Assembly (NCBI GenBank): GCA_951406725.2
Contig: OX597815.1
Coordinates: 13,392,001 to 13,456,000 of the forward strand
Direction: 5' to 3'
Source of the DNA: Octopus vulgaris
Lineage: Eukaryota
DNA length: 64,000 bases
Shown one piece after another: positions 1 through 14,522 of this stretch. A program made the position numbers and the translations under genes. Below the pieces are notes generated by a model. It ran no database searches. It was not told where the DNA came from and saw only the letters and a list, made by a program, of their open reading frames with translations. Each line of letters starts with the position of its first letter. Position 1 is the first letter of the stretch.

Positions 1-225
1 AAATGTTACTAAGTTTTGTGTGTTCGGCCCCTTTTGGCTGCAGCAAAACCAGCACTCTTTGAGATCAGCAGGATAACTGTAATGCTTGCCATTTCGGGAC
101 GAATTTTGAGGCTTTTTAATAACAAGTCTAAACATTGATATTTATGTATGTATGTATGTATGTATGTATGTATGTATGTATGTATGTATGTATGTATGTA
201 TGTATGTGTGTGTGTATGTATGTAT

Positions 226-438
226 GTAAAGTTAATCAAAACATGAAAACACAAAGGGAAAACACAACAACACGAGGACGTTGAACAAGTATAGTGATAT
301 TGGACGCTCAGGAAAGGAAAGAAAGAAGGAGAGTTTAACGTTTCGAGCGGAGCTCTTCGTCAGAAACATAGGAAAAGGAAAGATCCAAGGAAGGGAAGAC
401 GGAGGGAAAAAAAATCACCAACGCTGTCACATATTGAA
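226..438 (-). mobile_element. Family A ~200-bp HHR-bearing element
   Basis: Homologous to 24997-25191, 44067-44274 and 47530-47728; abuts (TATG)n. Confidence 0.8.
333..367 (-). ncRNA. Minimal hammerhead ribozyme, family A
   Basis: GTTT-CTGACGA-A-GAGC tcc GCTC-GAAAC-GTT-AAAC; loopless palindromic stem III (AACGTT), the dimer-type arrangement. Confidence 0.75.
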
Positions 439-701
439 TGTAAGGATACCTGCATGCATGCTTACCTACATATATACAAGACCTATCAAAAGGACGTTTA
501 ATCATAGTATATATTCAACATTTCTCTACCAATGGCATGGACCTCTCAGAAATTCCGGGTCCTTATTCGCCGTGAATGAAGACCCTTCTTCTTTCTGAAG
601 GCATATCTCTACGATGTGGTCACTTTGATAAAATATCAAATGTAAAGGGAATACCTGGATATTTTGAGGGATGTTTTGCTTGTGCATTTAATAAGGCGCA
701 A

Positions 702-743
<42 letters not shown>

Positions 744-785
744 GATAGATAGATAGATAGGTAGATAGATAGATATAGATATAGA

Positions 786-860
786 TATCACGTGACAAGT
801 GACCGACCAGGTTATAATATATTGATCCACATCGCTGGGCACAAAGCCGTTTTGCAACTT
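786..860 (-). mobile_element. RTE-tail fragment
   Basis: Minus strand reads CCTGGTCGGTCACTTGTCACGTGAT, similar to 30103-30223. Confidence 0.45.
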
Positions 861-863
861 ATA

Positions 864-912
<49 letters not shown>

Positions 913-2325
913 GTAATTGTCGAACGATGAAAATGAATGCTCAACACTGCATTGCTAGATGGAATTACTTATCTGTGTGTTGGTTCGTGTGTGTGTATGT
1001 ATGTGTGTGCGTGTGCACGTATGTGAATACTCACACAGTTAATAAGGATTTTTTTCAACATATTTCCCTCTCGGATTCACATATTTATTGCCCCGTAAAA
1101 GAACTCGGATGTTTGGGCCTCCAAGCATACCTTTCGCAACACCCTTAAAGCCAGGAATATTTCAAAACCCCGTCGTATATATGTAGCTTCGCAAATCCAT
1201 GAGTGATGTCCCGTATTCTAGCAGTGCTACCTTCCTAGATTCCCACTAATTTCTCGCTCTTAGAATCAAATCTTTGAACAACATTAGCAATAATGTGAAT
1301 AAGCATAAAAGACAAAGAATATAAAACAAAAAATGTAGATTCATGGCACATGAAAATTTCATCCCTGTTAAGTCCAATACTATTACCAGCAGCACCAATT
1401 AAAATCAAGACATTGCTATTAGCACGTCGAATGTTACTAGGTCTACAAATGCTATACGCCAGGATCTAAATAGTTAAGTTAGCGCCTAGTGAATTAAAAT
1501 GTGACAAAGAACCTGCTAACTATACTTAGATTTGGATATTTCAGAATCCATCAGACAAGTAACTCATCTTAAACCTGAGTTGCCATCAACCGACAAGCGC
1601 ACAAATAGACGAAACTGGTGTGCACTAGTCCAGTGCTAGGTATTTGTGTCCTGTTAGAGTTAAGTTGAAAGATGTGTCTCTCACTGAAGTGAATCTATTT
1701 TAAACATTATCCCATGGCAATGCAGACCAGGTGAGGGTGAAGAGACTGGAATTAAACCAGTATCTCGAATCCCAACACATGGGTTGCATCGTCAGAGCTA
1801 AACTATTCGCAATGGGTTGCGAAGGAATCAAGGCCGCTGGATGGGCCCGAGTGGTGTAAACTCAACGTGGAAATGATTCCATAATTCGATCTTTGTTAAA
1901 TCATCAAGGTGGTATACCATATATCTGCTTGTCAGTTGTTTGACCTTAACCAGTTGAGCATGTCCCTTAGTGGCTGACGATGCGTGCATCTCTTATCATG
2001 AGCAGAAGTAAAGGGAGAGTAACTTAGCCGTGTGTTGAAAGGAATTCTTAGAGATTTGAATAATTCACCTTTCGAAACATATGTCGTTCGTTCAACATAC
2101 TAAAACAATTCTTATTCAGGGACCTTTTGAGTGGCATGGGTTACTAACTAGTCCCCACTTGCAAGGTCATGTGCTGTTTATATTGATATGAGATCACCGT
2201 GTCACACATATATGTTTGTGATGCATGTGCCTAGTGTACACTTACCAGACGGGTATTTATGAAGGGTATACTGGGCTTCGTATATTTTACCCCAATGTCA
2301 CTTTGATGGCATGCACTTTGATAGC

Positions 2326-2339
2326 ATAATAATAATGAA

Positions 2340-2381
<42 letters not shown>

Positions 2382-2404
2382 ATTATTATTATTATTATTA
2401 TTAT

Positions 2405-2440
<36 letters not shown>

Positions 2441-2453
2441 CAGCAGCAGCAGC

Positions 2454-2539
<86 letters not shown>

Positions 2540-2557
2540 CGGCAGCAGCAGCAGCAG
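2326..2557. repeat. Compound trinucleotide microsatellite (ATA/TTA/GTA/GCA)
   Basis: Direct reading. Confidence 0.95.
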
Positions 2558-3284
2558 CCATTTGTTTTTCATGTTTTAATGATATTGCTATCAAAAAATG
2601 CTTTCGAATCAAATAGTTCAAGATTGTGACTTAGATAACGAGATCATCATAAGACAAACAGAATCTTGACAGCATTGGATCAAAGCATCAAACATCGCAT
2701 CTTTGAATACAACATATAATCAATACTTCTATATTATTGTCTATATGTATTTTGTTCCGCATAGTCGCACTTTACATTCGTATACTCATATACACACATA
2801 AGTAAAAATCACATACGCACGCAAACACATACGCACTCGCGTACGGAAAAACTACAAACAATAAAACAAGTACATAAACACTGATTAAAAAGCATAAAAA
2901 AAAAAGAGGAAAACACAAATTGTCTACTTTGATATCTAATCGAGTTAAATGCTGGGACATTAAATAATTTGATAGACGTTGTTAGACATTTTGTCTAACG
3001 AACAGAATAAATGTAGAGCTATATGGTTTCAGGTTTCCTTCAAACTTATTTACTTAGTAAGAGAATGTTCGAAACTTACTCCATAGATATATGAGACGGA
3101 AGGTCAATACAAACATTGCCTGCAAAACATGTTTTATGTTCACCGAGAAAGGTAAAAATAAATGAGTAAATTTTAAAATTTCTATTTGCACTGTCGCAAT
3201 AATAGCAAAAGATTTTGTTTGCGTTGCATCACGTAGAATACTGTTGACCTTAATATGAATAGCTCTTTGTTACAAAAATATATA

Positions 3285-3502
3285 TTTCTTTACTAACCCA
3301 CAAGGGGCTAAACACAGAGGGGACAAACGGATTAAGTCGATTATATCGACTCCAGTGCGTAACTGGTACTTATGTAATCGATCCTGAAAGGATGAAAGGC
3401 AAAGTCGACCTCGGCGGAATTTGAACTCAGAACGTAGCGGCAGACAAAATACCGCAAACCATTTCGCCCGGCGTGCTAACGTTTCTGCCAGCTCACCGCC
3501 TT
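3285..3502 (-). mobile_element. tRNA-derived SINE family 3
   Basis: GAGCTGGCAGAAACGTTAGC..GAGTTCAAATTCC head followed by GCCTTTCATCCTTTC..GATCGAT core. Confidence 0.82.
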
Positions 3503-5963
3503 ACCATTTTGTTACAAAAATATACACACTAAATTCAGCACAGCACCTCTATCCCTGAGTCCTGTCTCAAACGTTTCGGTCAGGACGTGTGCCGCAAATG
3601 TAAAGTAAGTATATACTTCACACTTTTTAATTCTGTTTTTTACCACACTTCATTGCGATATTTAACTCAATTAACAAATTGAATCTTCTCGGTCCTAAAT
3701 CAATTTAAAATTTCTAGAAGTCTATCGCCATCTTAACCTTCTTCCATGCAACTTCAAACTGCATTTTCCTCCATTCTTTCGACAGCATCATTCAATAGAA
3801 AATACCTATTCTTAACCTTCTCACCTTTTCTTCAAAACGACTTATGCGAACCGACATCTGCTACATACGCATCACGTGTGACTACCTGATACGTAAGATC
3901 ACTAAATGCCGTTTTCTAATCCTCCATGCAACCTTATTCATTATATCGTCTGATGCGAGACCTCAACAGCAAGCATTTCGATTTTCTGCTCTCTCAAAAG
4001 AACTCGTACTCATCCGGTAACTTTCCACTTCACACACACTGCTCATACCATCAATGCTTTACTGAAATCAAAGTGTTACGGACATCGAACTAGACTTTCT
4101 TAGAAGAGATATAAATTCTATCCGACGGCTAGCCGGTAACTTCTGTGCACGACTTCTATTATCAAATGCTGAGAACAATCTTGTTTCATCACTGTTTTAC
4201 CCTTTACATCTTCAAATCGTTCTCTTTTCTGGTTGGAGAGTCTAAAGTCATTTTCACCATACACATTAACTCCATCTATGCTGTATTCACCTACAACGAC
4301 GGATTTTAGTCCTTCAATACTTTGCAGACCGTGACTCCCTATATGTAACCAGCAACAATTAGCCCAAAAGCTTACTGCAACCTTATGATGAATTGCCATT
4401 TTTTTCTCTCTGAGGAATGTTACAAAGAGGAATTTTACAAAGCAGAGTAGCAATTGGAACTAAGGTGAGCTCCAATTATTTTAAGCTCTTTCTAGGGCAC
4501 ATAGATGTGCAAAACTTCGCCCTACAATTCACCGGACCAACCTACTCTTACTTCCGTTATTCTTCTTCTGCACCCTAACACACTAAACTTTCAACACCCT
4601 TCTAGCAATGTCTTTGCGCACGGCGGCTATGCAGATTTAATTCGGTTTTCGATTCCCAGTGCGAAAGAATGTAACGATACTTCCTGGATTGAGTTTAAAA
4701 TCGATCAGTTGCTGGTTCTGTATTCTACAGAGCTGAGGCCATCTATAGCACTATCTCTCTCCTACCCTGTTTAGGAATACCTATAGACTGTACTCCCCTC
4801 TCTTTTCTCTCATTCTCTAGCCTTTCTTTCAGTCACCCTGAACCCAGAAACACTTCCTTGTTACATGTTACAATTCCGTTGCCTAAAAAAAAAAAAGAAA
4901 CTCGGAAACAGCCAGTCCTTTACAACCCTAAACATTTAAATGCGATTACCGAAGATGCAACACATTTCCCTACATTTCTTACACCTCAAGTATCAGTGGG
5001 CCTAAATAATAATATTACACTACTCGAAACTTGTATTGCACATCGCCTAACCTTATATAATATATCGTGCGTATCATCCCCTAACTTTACATAACATATA
5101 ATTAAACCTTGCGAAAAATTTTAAATTAGATGAAAAAGACGGATGCTTCGCTGGTCACTTTCGAGAGAACAATCAAAACATACCACTATATCTGCCAGGC
5201 TAATCTCTCATCGCCTACTTCAACTCAACAAGCCACTCCGTCACTCACTAAACAGCGGGCGGCATTTTCCACACCATGGCTCCGCATGCGCTAGAAAACT
5301 TCGGAAACGTATTTTTATATTCGAATTCGGAACCATGTCACCGACAGATTTAAATCGGCGACATTTAGTTTAATCCTACACCTTCCCCTAAATATCCTTC
5401 AACTCCCCCCCTCATCATCTTTTCCATTCTGCTCACTTTTCCTTCCCACCTGCTTAACTGCATGATTCCGTTCCTCGTTCCTTCCACGTCTCTAAAATAG
5501 TTATTCTCCTTCGTACTAGCACTTTTCTCTGTATGAAACTCCCGTATACCTGCGCTACTTATTAGTTGTCGCCGGCTTTTCTTAGCGGATGTAAGACTTT
5601 TTCTGTCTCCCTTTAAATCAATTCCTCTTATCTTTTCCACGAAGAAGGACACTGTACACAACTTTAGATAATTTTTCCACTCGCCATGGCGCTATAACTT
5701 TTTCTTCTTTTTTTCCGCTTTTACTAAATAGTGCACATTTTCCTTATATAGACCATAACTAGTCTGTTTCAAGTGTCTTATAGATATTTATGCAACTATG
5801 CATATCTGTGTAGATATGTATGTGCCTTTTTCTGTGTTTGTGGGCCAATAACCGCGTTTAATTTATCTACAAACTTCAGTATGAAGTATTCAATATATAA
5901 ACGTTAAGGGTTTCGACAAATTCAGATGCAAACCAATTCCGAGTAAATAAGAATAACAATATA

Positions 5964-6353
5964 GGCGCAGGAGTGGCTGTGTGGTAAGTAGCTTGCTTAC
6001 CAACCACATGGTCCCGGGTTCAGTCCCACTGCGTGGCACCTTTGGGCAAGTGTCTTCAACTATAGCCTCGGGCCGACCAAAACCTTGAGTGGATTTGGTA
6101 GACGGAAACTGAAAGAAGCCCGTTGTATATATGTGTATGCGTTTGTATGTCTGTGTTTGTCCCCACAACATCGTTTGACAACCGATGCTGGTGTGTTTAC
6201 TTCCCCGTAACTTAGCGGTTCGGCAAAAGAGACCGATAGAATAAGTACTAGGCTTACAAAGAATATGTCCTGGAGTCGATTTGCTCGACTAAAGGCGGTG
6301 TTCTAGCACGGCCGCACTCAAAATAACCGAAACAAATAAAAGAGTAAAGAGTA
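5964..6353 (+). mobile_element. tRNA-derived SINE family 1
   Basis: A box (TGGCTGTGTGG), B box (GGTTCAGTCCC), CORE-like TTGGGCAAGT, internal TA/TG tract, TAAAAGAG tail; eight copies in the window. Confidence 0.88.
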
Positions 6354-6865
6354 TAAGCCAGTAGGCATTGAAGGTTCTCGTGTGTGTGTGTGCCTATAAA
6401 ACGTCCTGTTTCCGGAAAATAGTTAGTAAGACGAATTTGTAGTAAAACGAATTTGTAACTAAATATATATGCACCAGCACAATTCCCGGCATTGTATATT
6501 TTTAGCATCTCTATACAAATGAGGGAACACTTTACAATCGGTATTATATCTATATAATACGGTTAAATATAGTAAAACATATTAAATACAAGTAACACAG
6601 CCAAAAGACAATATAATATAAAATAGAACAAATATTCTTTACTGCTGTAATATATAGGAAAACATCCTGGACCTAAATTGTTTTCATATGTCCAGAACCT
6701 ATTACAGGCAATACTTCAATGTATTGAAGGATTTCTATTCATAACTTTCACTTTACAGAAATTAGTTAATATTATGTAAATAATCTCATAAAACTATCTA
6801 TAGCATCCTCAATATAATTGTTTCCAAGAAAATTGCTGCGCATGGATATTTTCGGAAGTAGATTA

Positions 6866-7170
6866 TGTTTGTGTGTTTGTGTATGTGTATGTGTATGTGT
6901 ATGCATACATTTATGTATCTATTTATCTGTGTATGTGTGTGTGTGTGCTTGTGTGTGTGTCTGTGTATGCGTATGCATACATGTATGTATATATTTATCT
7001 GTGTATGTGTGTGTGTGTTTGTGTGTGTATGTCTGTGTATGCGTATGCATACATGTATGTATCTATTTATCTGTGTATGTGTGTGTGTGTGTGTGTGTGT
7101 GTTTGTGTGTGTGTATGTGTATCCGTATGCATATATGTATGTATCTATTTATCTGTGTATATGTGTGTTC
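6866..7170. repeat. TG-rich compound minisatellite (~60-bp period)
   Basis: ATGTATCTATTTATCTGTGTATGTGTG recurs about four times. Confidence 0.8.
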
Positions 7171-7856
7171 GATCGAGAGAGGAAGATGTCCGGTAGATTA
7201 CTATTTAATATATTAGTGTCACTGTAGTAAAATACGTTTATTACAAATTCACACCATAAATTTTAATGCAGCATGCTGCGGGTCAAAGGACATTTTATTA
7301 ATCCAAATAATAACCATTATACTCGAAATATTTTTGTCTTCGCGCGAGATATGTCTTTTTTCTTCCTATCGCATCGAACATTGATGTAATGGAGCAGATT
7401 TTGTTTTCTTTTCTTTTTTTCTTCTTTTCTTTTGCTTCAAACTATGCGATCTGCTGTTAGTTGATTTTTGAAAGTCATCTTCAGGAAGTTATCGAAATTT
7501 TTTTGGAGGAAAAAAAAAACAGAAGTTGAATGATCAGCGATCTATTGGGATAAGGTAAGATTTCGTAATGCAGCTTTTTTTCATACTCACATTAATTCCG
7601 AAAATTATTCTGATACATTACATCCATTTACAACTCTGTTCAAAAAATATAGGATTCACTTCAAAATTTGAAACTATGATTCCTCTAGAGAACGTCGTGT
7701 CAAAACTGTTGGAAGTCTCAACTATTACAATTGTCATATGGCAAGTTATTTTTGATGCGACTAATTCCCATTTCTAGGATTACCCAATGCTCGGTATAAC
7801 CATTGCACTTCTTGAGCTACGTTGTTTGAATATTCCGTAAATACGTATACCATGAT

Positions 7857-8243
7857 GGTGGAGGCGCAATGGCCCAGTGGTTAGGGTAGCGGACTCGCGG
7901 TCATAGGATCGCGGTTTCGATTCCCAGACCGGGCGTTGTGAGTGTTTATTGAGCAAAAACACCTAAAAGCTCCACGAGGCTCTGACAGGGGATGGTGGTG
8001 ATCCCTGCTGTACTCTTTCACCACAACTTTCTCTCACTCTTACTTCCTGTTTCTGCTGTACCTGTATTTCAAAGGGCCGGCCTTGTCACTCTCTGTGTCA
8101 CATTGAATATCCCCGAGAACTACGTTAAGGGTACACGTGTCTGTGGAGTGCTCAGCCACTTACACGTTAATGTCATGAGCAGGCTGTTCCGTAGATTCGG
8201 ATCAACCGGAACCCTCGTCGTGGTAATCGACGGAGTGCTTCCG
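7857..8243 (+). mobile_element. tRNA-derived SINE family 2
   Basis: TGGCCCAGTGGTTAGG A box and GTTTCGATTCCC B box; near-identical to 28909-29296. Confidence 0.85.
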
Positions 8244-8840
8244 CATACCATGATGATATGCCTGGGTCCAAAGCAACTATTGACCAAAACCTATTTTTTA
8301 TGTAGCACCGCTTTGGAGATATGTTTTTGTCCATCACCTCTGCACAATCATTGTTTGGTGCGCCATCTGTTATCATGAAACATTTGTTTCACGTCTCATT
8401 TCATAAAGCTATAACGAAATCGTATTTTATTCTTTGTTGACTAAGGGTTACATTTGTTTTTGTTATTTTTCTTTCTTTTATTATTTTTACAATTAGCCTA
8501 TTTTATACACATCCGACGATTTTGCATTAAGATTCCACAGCGAGTACCAAATAGCTGTTAAGATATCAATATTTCTTTTGAGTGCCCCATTTCGTTGTCA
8601 TTTGGTAAAGGTCTTACGTGATCAACCTCATGTTGCAGACTCTCGTCCTTGGAATAAAACATCGTTGAAAGGTGATATATTCAAGGTACGGCTCATTCCC
8701 TAAGGATAATCCAAATTTGAAATAATGAAAAACATATGTCATCATTTTTGCACTAAATTAACAGGTATGTTGTCTTTTTGAAGGTTACGTAATACGTAAA
8801 TTAAATGCATGTACGTATCTCTCTCTCTCTCTCTCTCTCT

Positions 8841-8892
<52 letters not shown>

Positions 8893-8911
8893 AGTATATT
8901 TGTGTATATAT

Positions 8912-8963
<52 letters not shown>

Positions 8964-9043
8964 CACATATATATATATACATATACTAATACATTTGTTT
9001 GTACACCACCTGTCTTCGTCTTTTGATGCTTTTCGTAAACTCT

Positions 9044-9110
<67 letters not shown>

Positions 9111-9139
9111 TGTATGTATGTCTATAAATATATATACAT

Positions 9140-9180
<41 letters not shown>

Positions 9181-9657
9181 TCAAATTTATAGAAAAACAA
9201 AGACGAAGACATGTGTAGCAACAACAAGCGTGTTAATTTAACAGTACAAATATGAAAATACCTTTACGTTTCGTGCCTACGCTGTGCAAGAGAAGGGAAG
9301 AAGAGGAAATACAGAGAGAGAGAGAATGAGAAAAATAAGTATCGAAGTGTTGATTCCAGTGATCCAACATGGCGTACATTACACTGGACTATATATATAT
9401 ATTAGTTATAACAAAACCAGTTACGAATGTAAAGCTCCAAAAATGTTTTCAGACTTCTAGACTATGCACAAGGAAGTAATCTCAGTTTGATTGTAAACTT
9501 ATTTGACTGATAGTATTCAGACATTTTGAAGTATACCCACGCGAAGATTATTCGCTATGACAAATGAAACGGTTGATACTTGCAACTGTTTTTGCACGAC
9601 GTTCTGTAAAGTAACCATAGTTACAAAGTTTGAAGTGAATCCTATATTTTTCGAACA

Positions 9658-9751
<94 letters not shown>

Positions 9752-9752
9752 G

Positions 9753-9843
<91 letters not shown>

Positions 9844-10837
9844 TATGAAAACATATTTCAATCAGACAGTATATATATATATATATATATGTATATCTAT
9901 ATTATGTTTACAAATATACTTTTATTAGCAAAGTGAATATTAATATTGGTTTCAAAATTTGGCAAATAGGTCACAATAAATTGAAATTAATATTTTAAAA
10001 AGTCGATAAAGTATATTTGACCAAATACATCGTATCTAATACGTAGAAACTGCAGCTGGATATAACCTGAAATAGATACTGAAATCACGTATATTCTAGA
10101 CAGTATAAACTTTATACAATATTCACTTTCCGGAAACTGGTTAATAAGACAAGCTTAATCTAATAAAAGGCTAGAATTATCAATAAATAAATAAAATTGG
10201 TCAAAGCAGAAATATAACATATTTTATATTTTCAATATTTTTCTTGGTATGAATCGTCTCTACCTACTTCGCGAGAGTAAGTATATATATATATATATAT
10301 ATAAATATATGTTTATTTGTGTGCGTAGATGTATATGTATGTATGTGTGTGTGTGTTTCTCTGTGTAGGTATGTATGTAATTAAAATTAGATAAGAGAGT
10401 ATGAAAACAAACATTAAGTAGCAATTAAATCAAACTCTGTATCTGAAAGGGAAACATTGTACAGTAATGGAACGCAACTTTAGATTCAAAGGTTAGACAG
10501 ATTTTAGGGAACATCACTTCTTCAGAATTAACAAGCTACCAAGCAAATCTCTGTCTGATATTTTATCATTATTCTCCAAGGACACCTGCTTATGACTCAA
10601 TTGCTGATATCACTCAGACCGGCACTTTTCCTATCTGGACTCTATCAAGGCATAAATACAAAAATTAGAGAGGAACGACTTCAAGTGGCATGTGACATAA
10701 ATTCGGGCAATAAAACAATGTTTTCTGTTTCTAAAATATGTGTATGTATGTGTTAGTGTGTCAACGTGTGTATCTATGACCAACGTGTGTATCTATTCCG
10801 ATAGAACTCGGATTCCGAGTTCGATTCCAGGCAGTAA

Positions 10838-11446
<609 letters not shown>

Positions 11447-11451
11447 TAATG

Positions 11452-11491
<40 letters not shown>

Positions 11492-11561
11492 TAATAATAA
11501 TAATAACTACAACATTGAAAAGAACCTTAAGAATGAGAACCCAGTTTCGAAAGTTCCCCAA

Positions 11562-11607
11562 GATACCTGATGAAGGCTAGAGAGTGTATAAGGCGAAACG
11601 TTGTGTT
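11562..11607 (+). ncRNA. Hammerhead-like motif, family C
   Basis: GATAC-CTGATGA-A-GGCT(12 nt)AGGC-GAAAC-GTT-GTGTT; one mismatch in stem II. Confidence 0.6.
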
Positions 11608-12480
11608 TACAACAAACAAGATGAGGACAAATATCCGTCAATTATAAGTAATGCAAGTAATGTAAATATAGGAAGAATGAAGGGAAATAAGAGAATATTT
11701 CATTTATACTTCCTGTATCTCTTCTGATTCAAAATAACTTCTTATATTGAACTCTACTCTTCCCATCTATTTCACCCTCTCAAATCGTCTCTGATTAAGG
11801 GATATCCCTTATATCCCTAAATCAGCTAACCCTACTTTGCATTTCATAGATGTACTAGAAATCTCCCATTGTCTTGTCTTTGTTGTTCCCTTTTATTTAA
11901 CATATAAATGCTCACACACGACCCTCATTAGACTCCTTACATATACTATTATAGAACCGAGAGTCTAACTATAATTATGATATATATACTACGTCAGTAA
12001 ATAACCCAGAAAAAACTTTTGCGAGTTCTCAGAGAATATTACCCTCAGCGGCGCTAGTGTTGGTATATTCGTGAATAATTCACTAACCGAAGTAAGTGGA
12101 TCTATTGTTTAGGAAAATGCTATTTACTTTTTAAGAGTTGTACTGGATAAAATGCGGAAATAACTCAAATAGTTGAAATACTTTAGGAAGAAGCGTACTC
12201 AATTTGATTTATATCAAATAATTTACGAAAGTGAATGTTTTATTTCCCTTGGCTACATATAAGGATCTCTTTCAGGGGCGAATGAGTTATTTCCCTTGGG
12301 TGTTTAAAAACATATATCAGTTACAGGGACCCTACTGTAGATTCTTTCAACAGTCTAAGTATGTCATTGGTTTCCAGACATGTTTTCTACTCCCGTGTGA
12401 AGTTTAATCGAAATCAATAAAAGCATTTTGGAGGAGTTAAATAGCAACGCCACAATTAAGCACACCCACAGATTTCCACT

Positions 12481-12533
<53 letters not shown>

Positions 12534-12796
12534 GTGTGTGTGTGTGTGTATATATACTTATATATATATATGTATATATATATAAATATAATATATTAAT
12601 CAATATAGGGTGGCAAAAAAAAATTTTGTAGAATTCTTTTGCCTCCAGCGGCCTAGTGGGAAAAAATTAAATAGTCATAAACCATTTTTACGTTCAACAT
12701 CACAATCAAGGAACGGCCATAATAGGCCATTCACCCACTAGAAATAACAGCCAAAAGCTTTAACCGCAAAATAACAATAATACCGTAAACCAGGAG

Positions 12797-12855
<59 letters not shown>

Positions 12856-13071
12856 GAAGGTTTGAAAATGCAGTTTTAAAAGATGTCTATTTACTTGACC
12901 GGTTTCACTTTTTAGGAAAATATTGTCAAAAGTAACATGTAAAAGCTTTGTTGTGTTAGGTACTGGTTGTCGCAAAATATTACAATACGTTCATTGATAA
13001 TAATAAGAACATCTTAAAGACAGTTTACAAGGAAAAATGTTGGGAAAATATAAGAATGTTTAACTTTTTTA

Positions 13072-13218
13072 TAAGTAGCTTGCTTACGAACCACACGTTT
13101 CCGGTTCATTCCCACTGCGTGGCACCTTGGGCGATTGTCTTCTACTGTAGTCTCGGCCAGACCAAAGCCTTGTGAGTGGATTTGGTAGACGGAAACTGAA
13201 AGAAGTCTGTTGTATATT

Positions 13219-13249
<31 letters not shown>

Positions 13250-13458
13250 CTGTGTTTGACCCCCCAACATCTCTTGACAACCAATGCTGGTGTGTTTACA
13301 TCCCCGTTTCTTAGTGTTTCGGCCAAGGAAACCGATAGAATAAGTACTAGGCTTACAAAGAATAAGTCCTGGGGTCGATTTGCTCGACTAAAGGCGGTGC
13401 TTCAGCATGACCACAGTCAAATGACTGAAACAAGTAAAAGTGTAAAGAGTAAAGAGAA
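13072..13458 (+). mobile_element. SINE family 1 (5'-clipped)
   Basis: Homology to 5964-6353. Confidence 0.85.
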
Positions 13459-13502
13459 TATATATGTACATACATACATACATACATACGTACATATATA
13501 CA

Positions 13503-13536
<34 letters not shown>

Positions 13537-14522
13537 CATATGTATGTATTTTCAGCTACAGCAACGTCCACGATTTGTTGGTGTTAAATACTGGGCGGCA
13601 GGGAGTAACTGCGTGAAATGTTAAATACTGCCTCATTAACGACCGGATACACGTTGGATATCCATTGAACATATCATTTTTTTTATTTTACTACACCCTA
13701 CTTCGTGTATGCTATTCAACTGTGATATGAAACCCCATGACATAATAATTGGATGTTTCTAAATATCCGTCTAATTTCAATAGTGCATTGTGTATCGGTT
13801 CTTATTTCCTGTGTAGCTAAGAATTTCTACAATAAAGTTTAAATATTATTTTAACTAGAATCATGTTTTATTATATATTATTTATGTTTCTATTGCTTTT
13901 TATCGATTAATAGCTGCCAATGCATCAATGGCACGTACGCCGTTCCTAGAACAATCAAATATTTATTTTGGGACATACCTAATTCTATCTGTATTAAAAA
14001 TCAATTTGCCTTCTGAACATATATCTTGAAGGACACATTTGTGATCTACAATTGCAGAAGTAAGATTGGAGTTCTGTTAGATACGGTAGGAATATTTTAA
14101 TACTAAACAATATAGGTAAGTGACACTCTCCATCTGTACATCTTACATCTCGCAAATGCTTATTTGCTGTTTTACACACACACACACACACACACATGAG
14201 AAAGTGCTAAAGATGTAGATGAAAATATATATAATAACCCAGCATTCGGACTACCTTGTTATAATCACTATATGCTGTATTATTATATATATATATATAT
14301 TTTCATTTACATCTTTAGCACTTTCCTCCGTTATCGCATTTATCTAAAAAGTGGTTTAATGTTAGATTGCTTCGCCTTTTTATACACAATTGAAACCTAT
14401 GATGTTTTAGAATGGATGAAAAGGTGGAAGGGAGAGAGCAGAACAAATTAGAAATGAAGGTGCTGGGGTGAGAGAGGTGAAGGAGAGTGCAAGATAGTGA
14501 AGATGGGGAAGTGAAGAGAAAG

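Noticed and set aside
1880-2325. Probable interspersed repeat next to the trinucleotide tract
   Set aside because: Single copy in this window with no diagnostic motif.
3550-5750. Non-repetitive pyrimidine-rich stretch as possible exons
   Set aside because: No recognisable domain or sustained ORF; probably an old TE relic but I cannot assign it.
7857-7935. tRNA genes at SINE heads
   Set aside because: A and B boxes are present but I see no full cloverleaf, and each continues into a SINE body.
11788-11830. HHR-like CTGATTA-AGGGATAT..ATATCCCT-AAA
   Set aside because: G8 and the GAAA are both altered; too degenerate to call.
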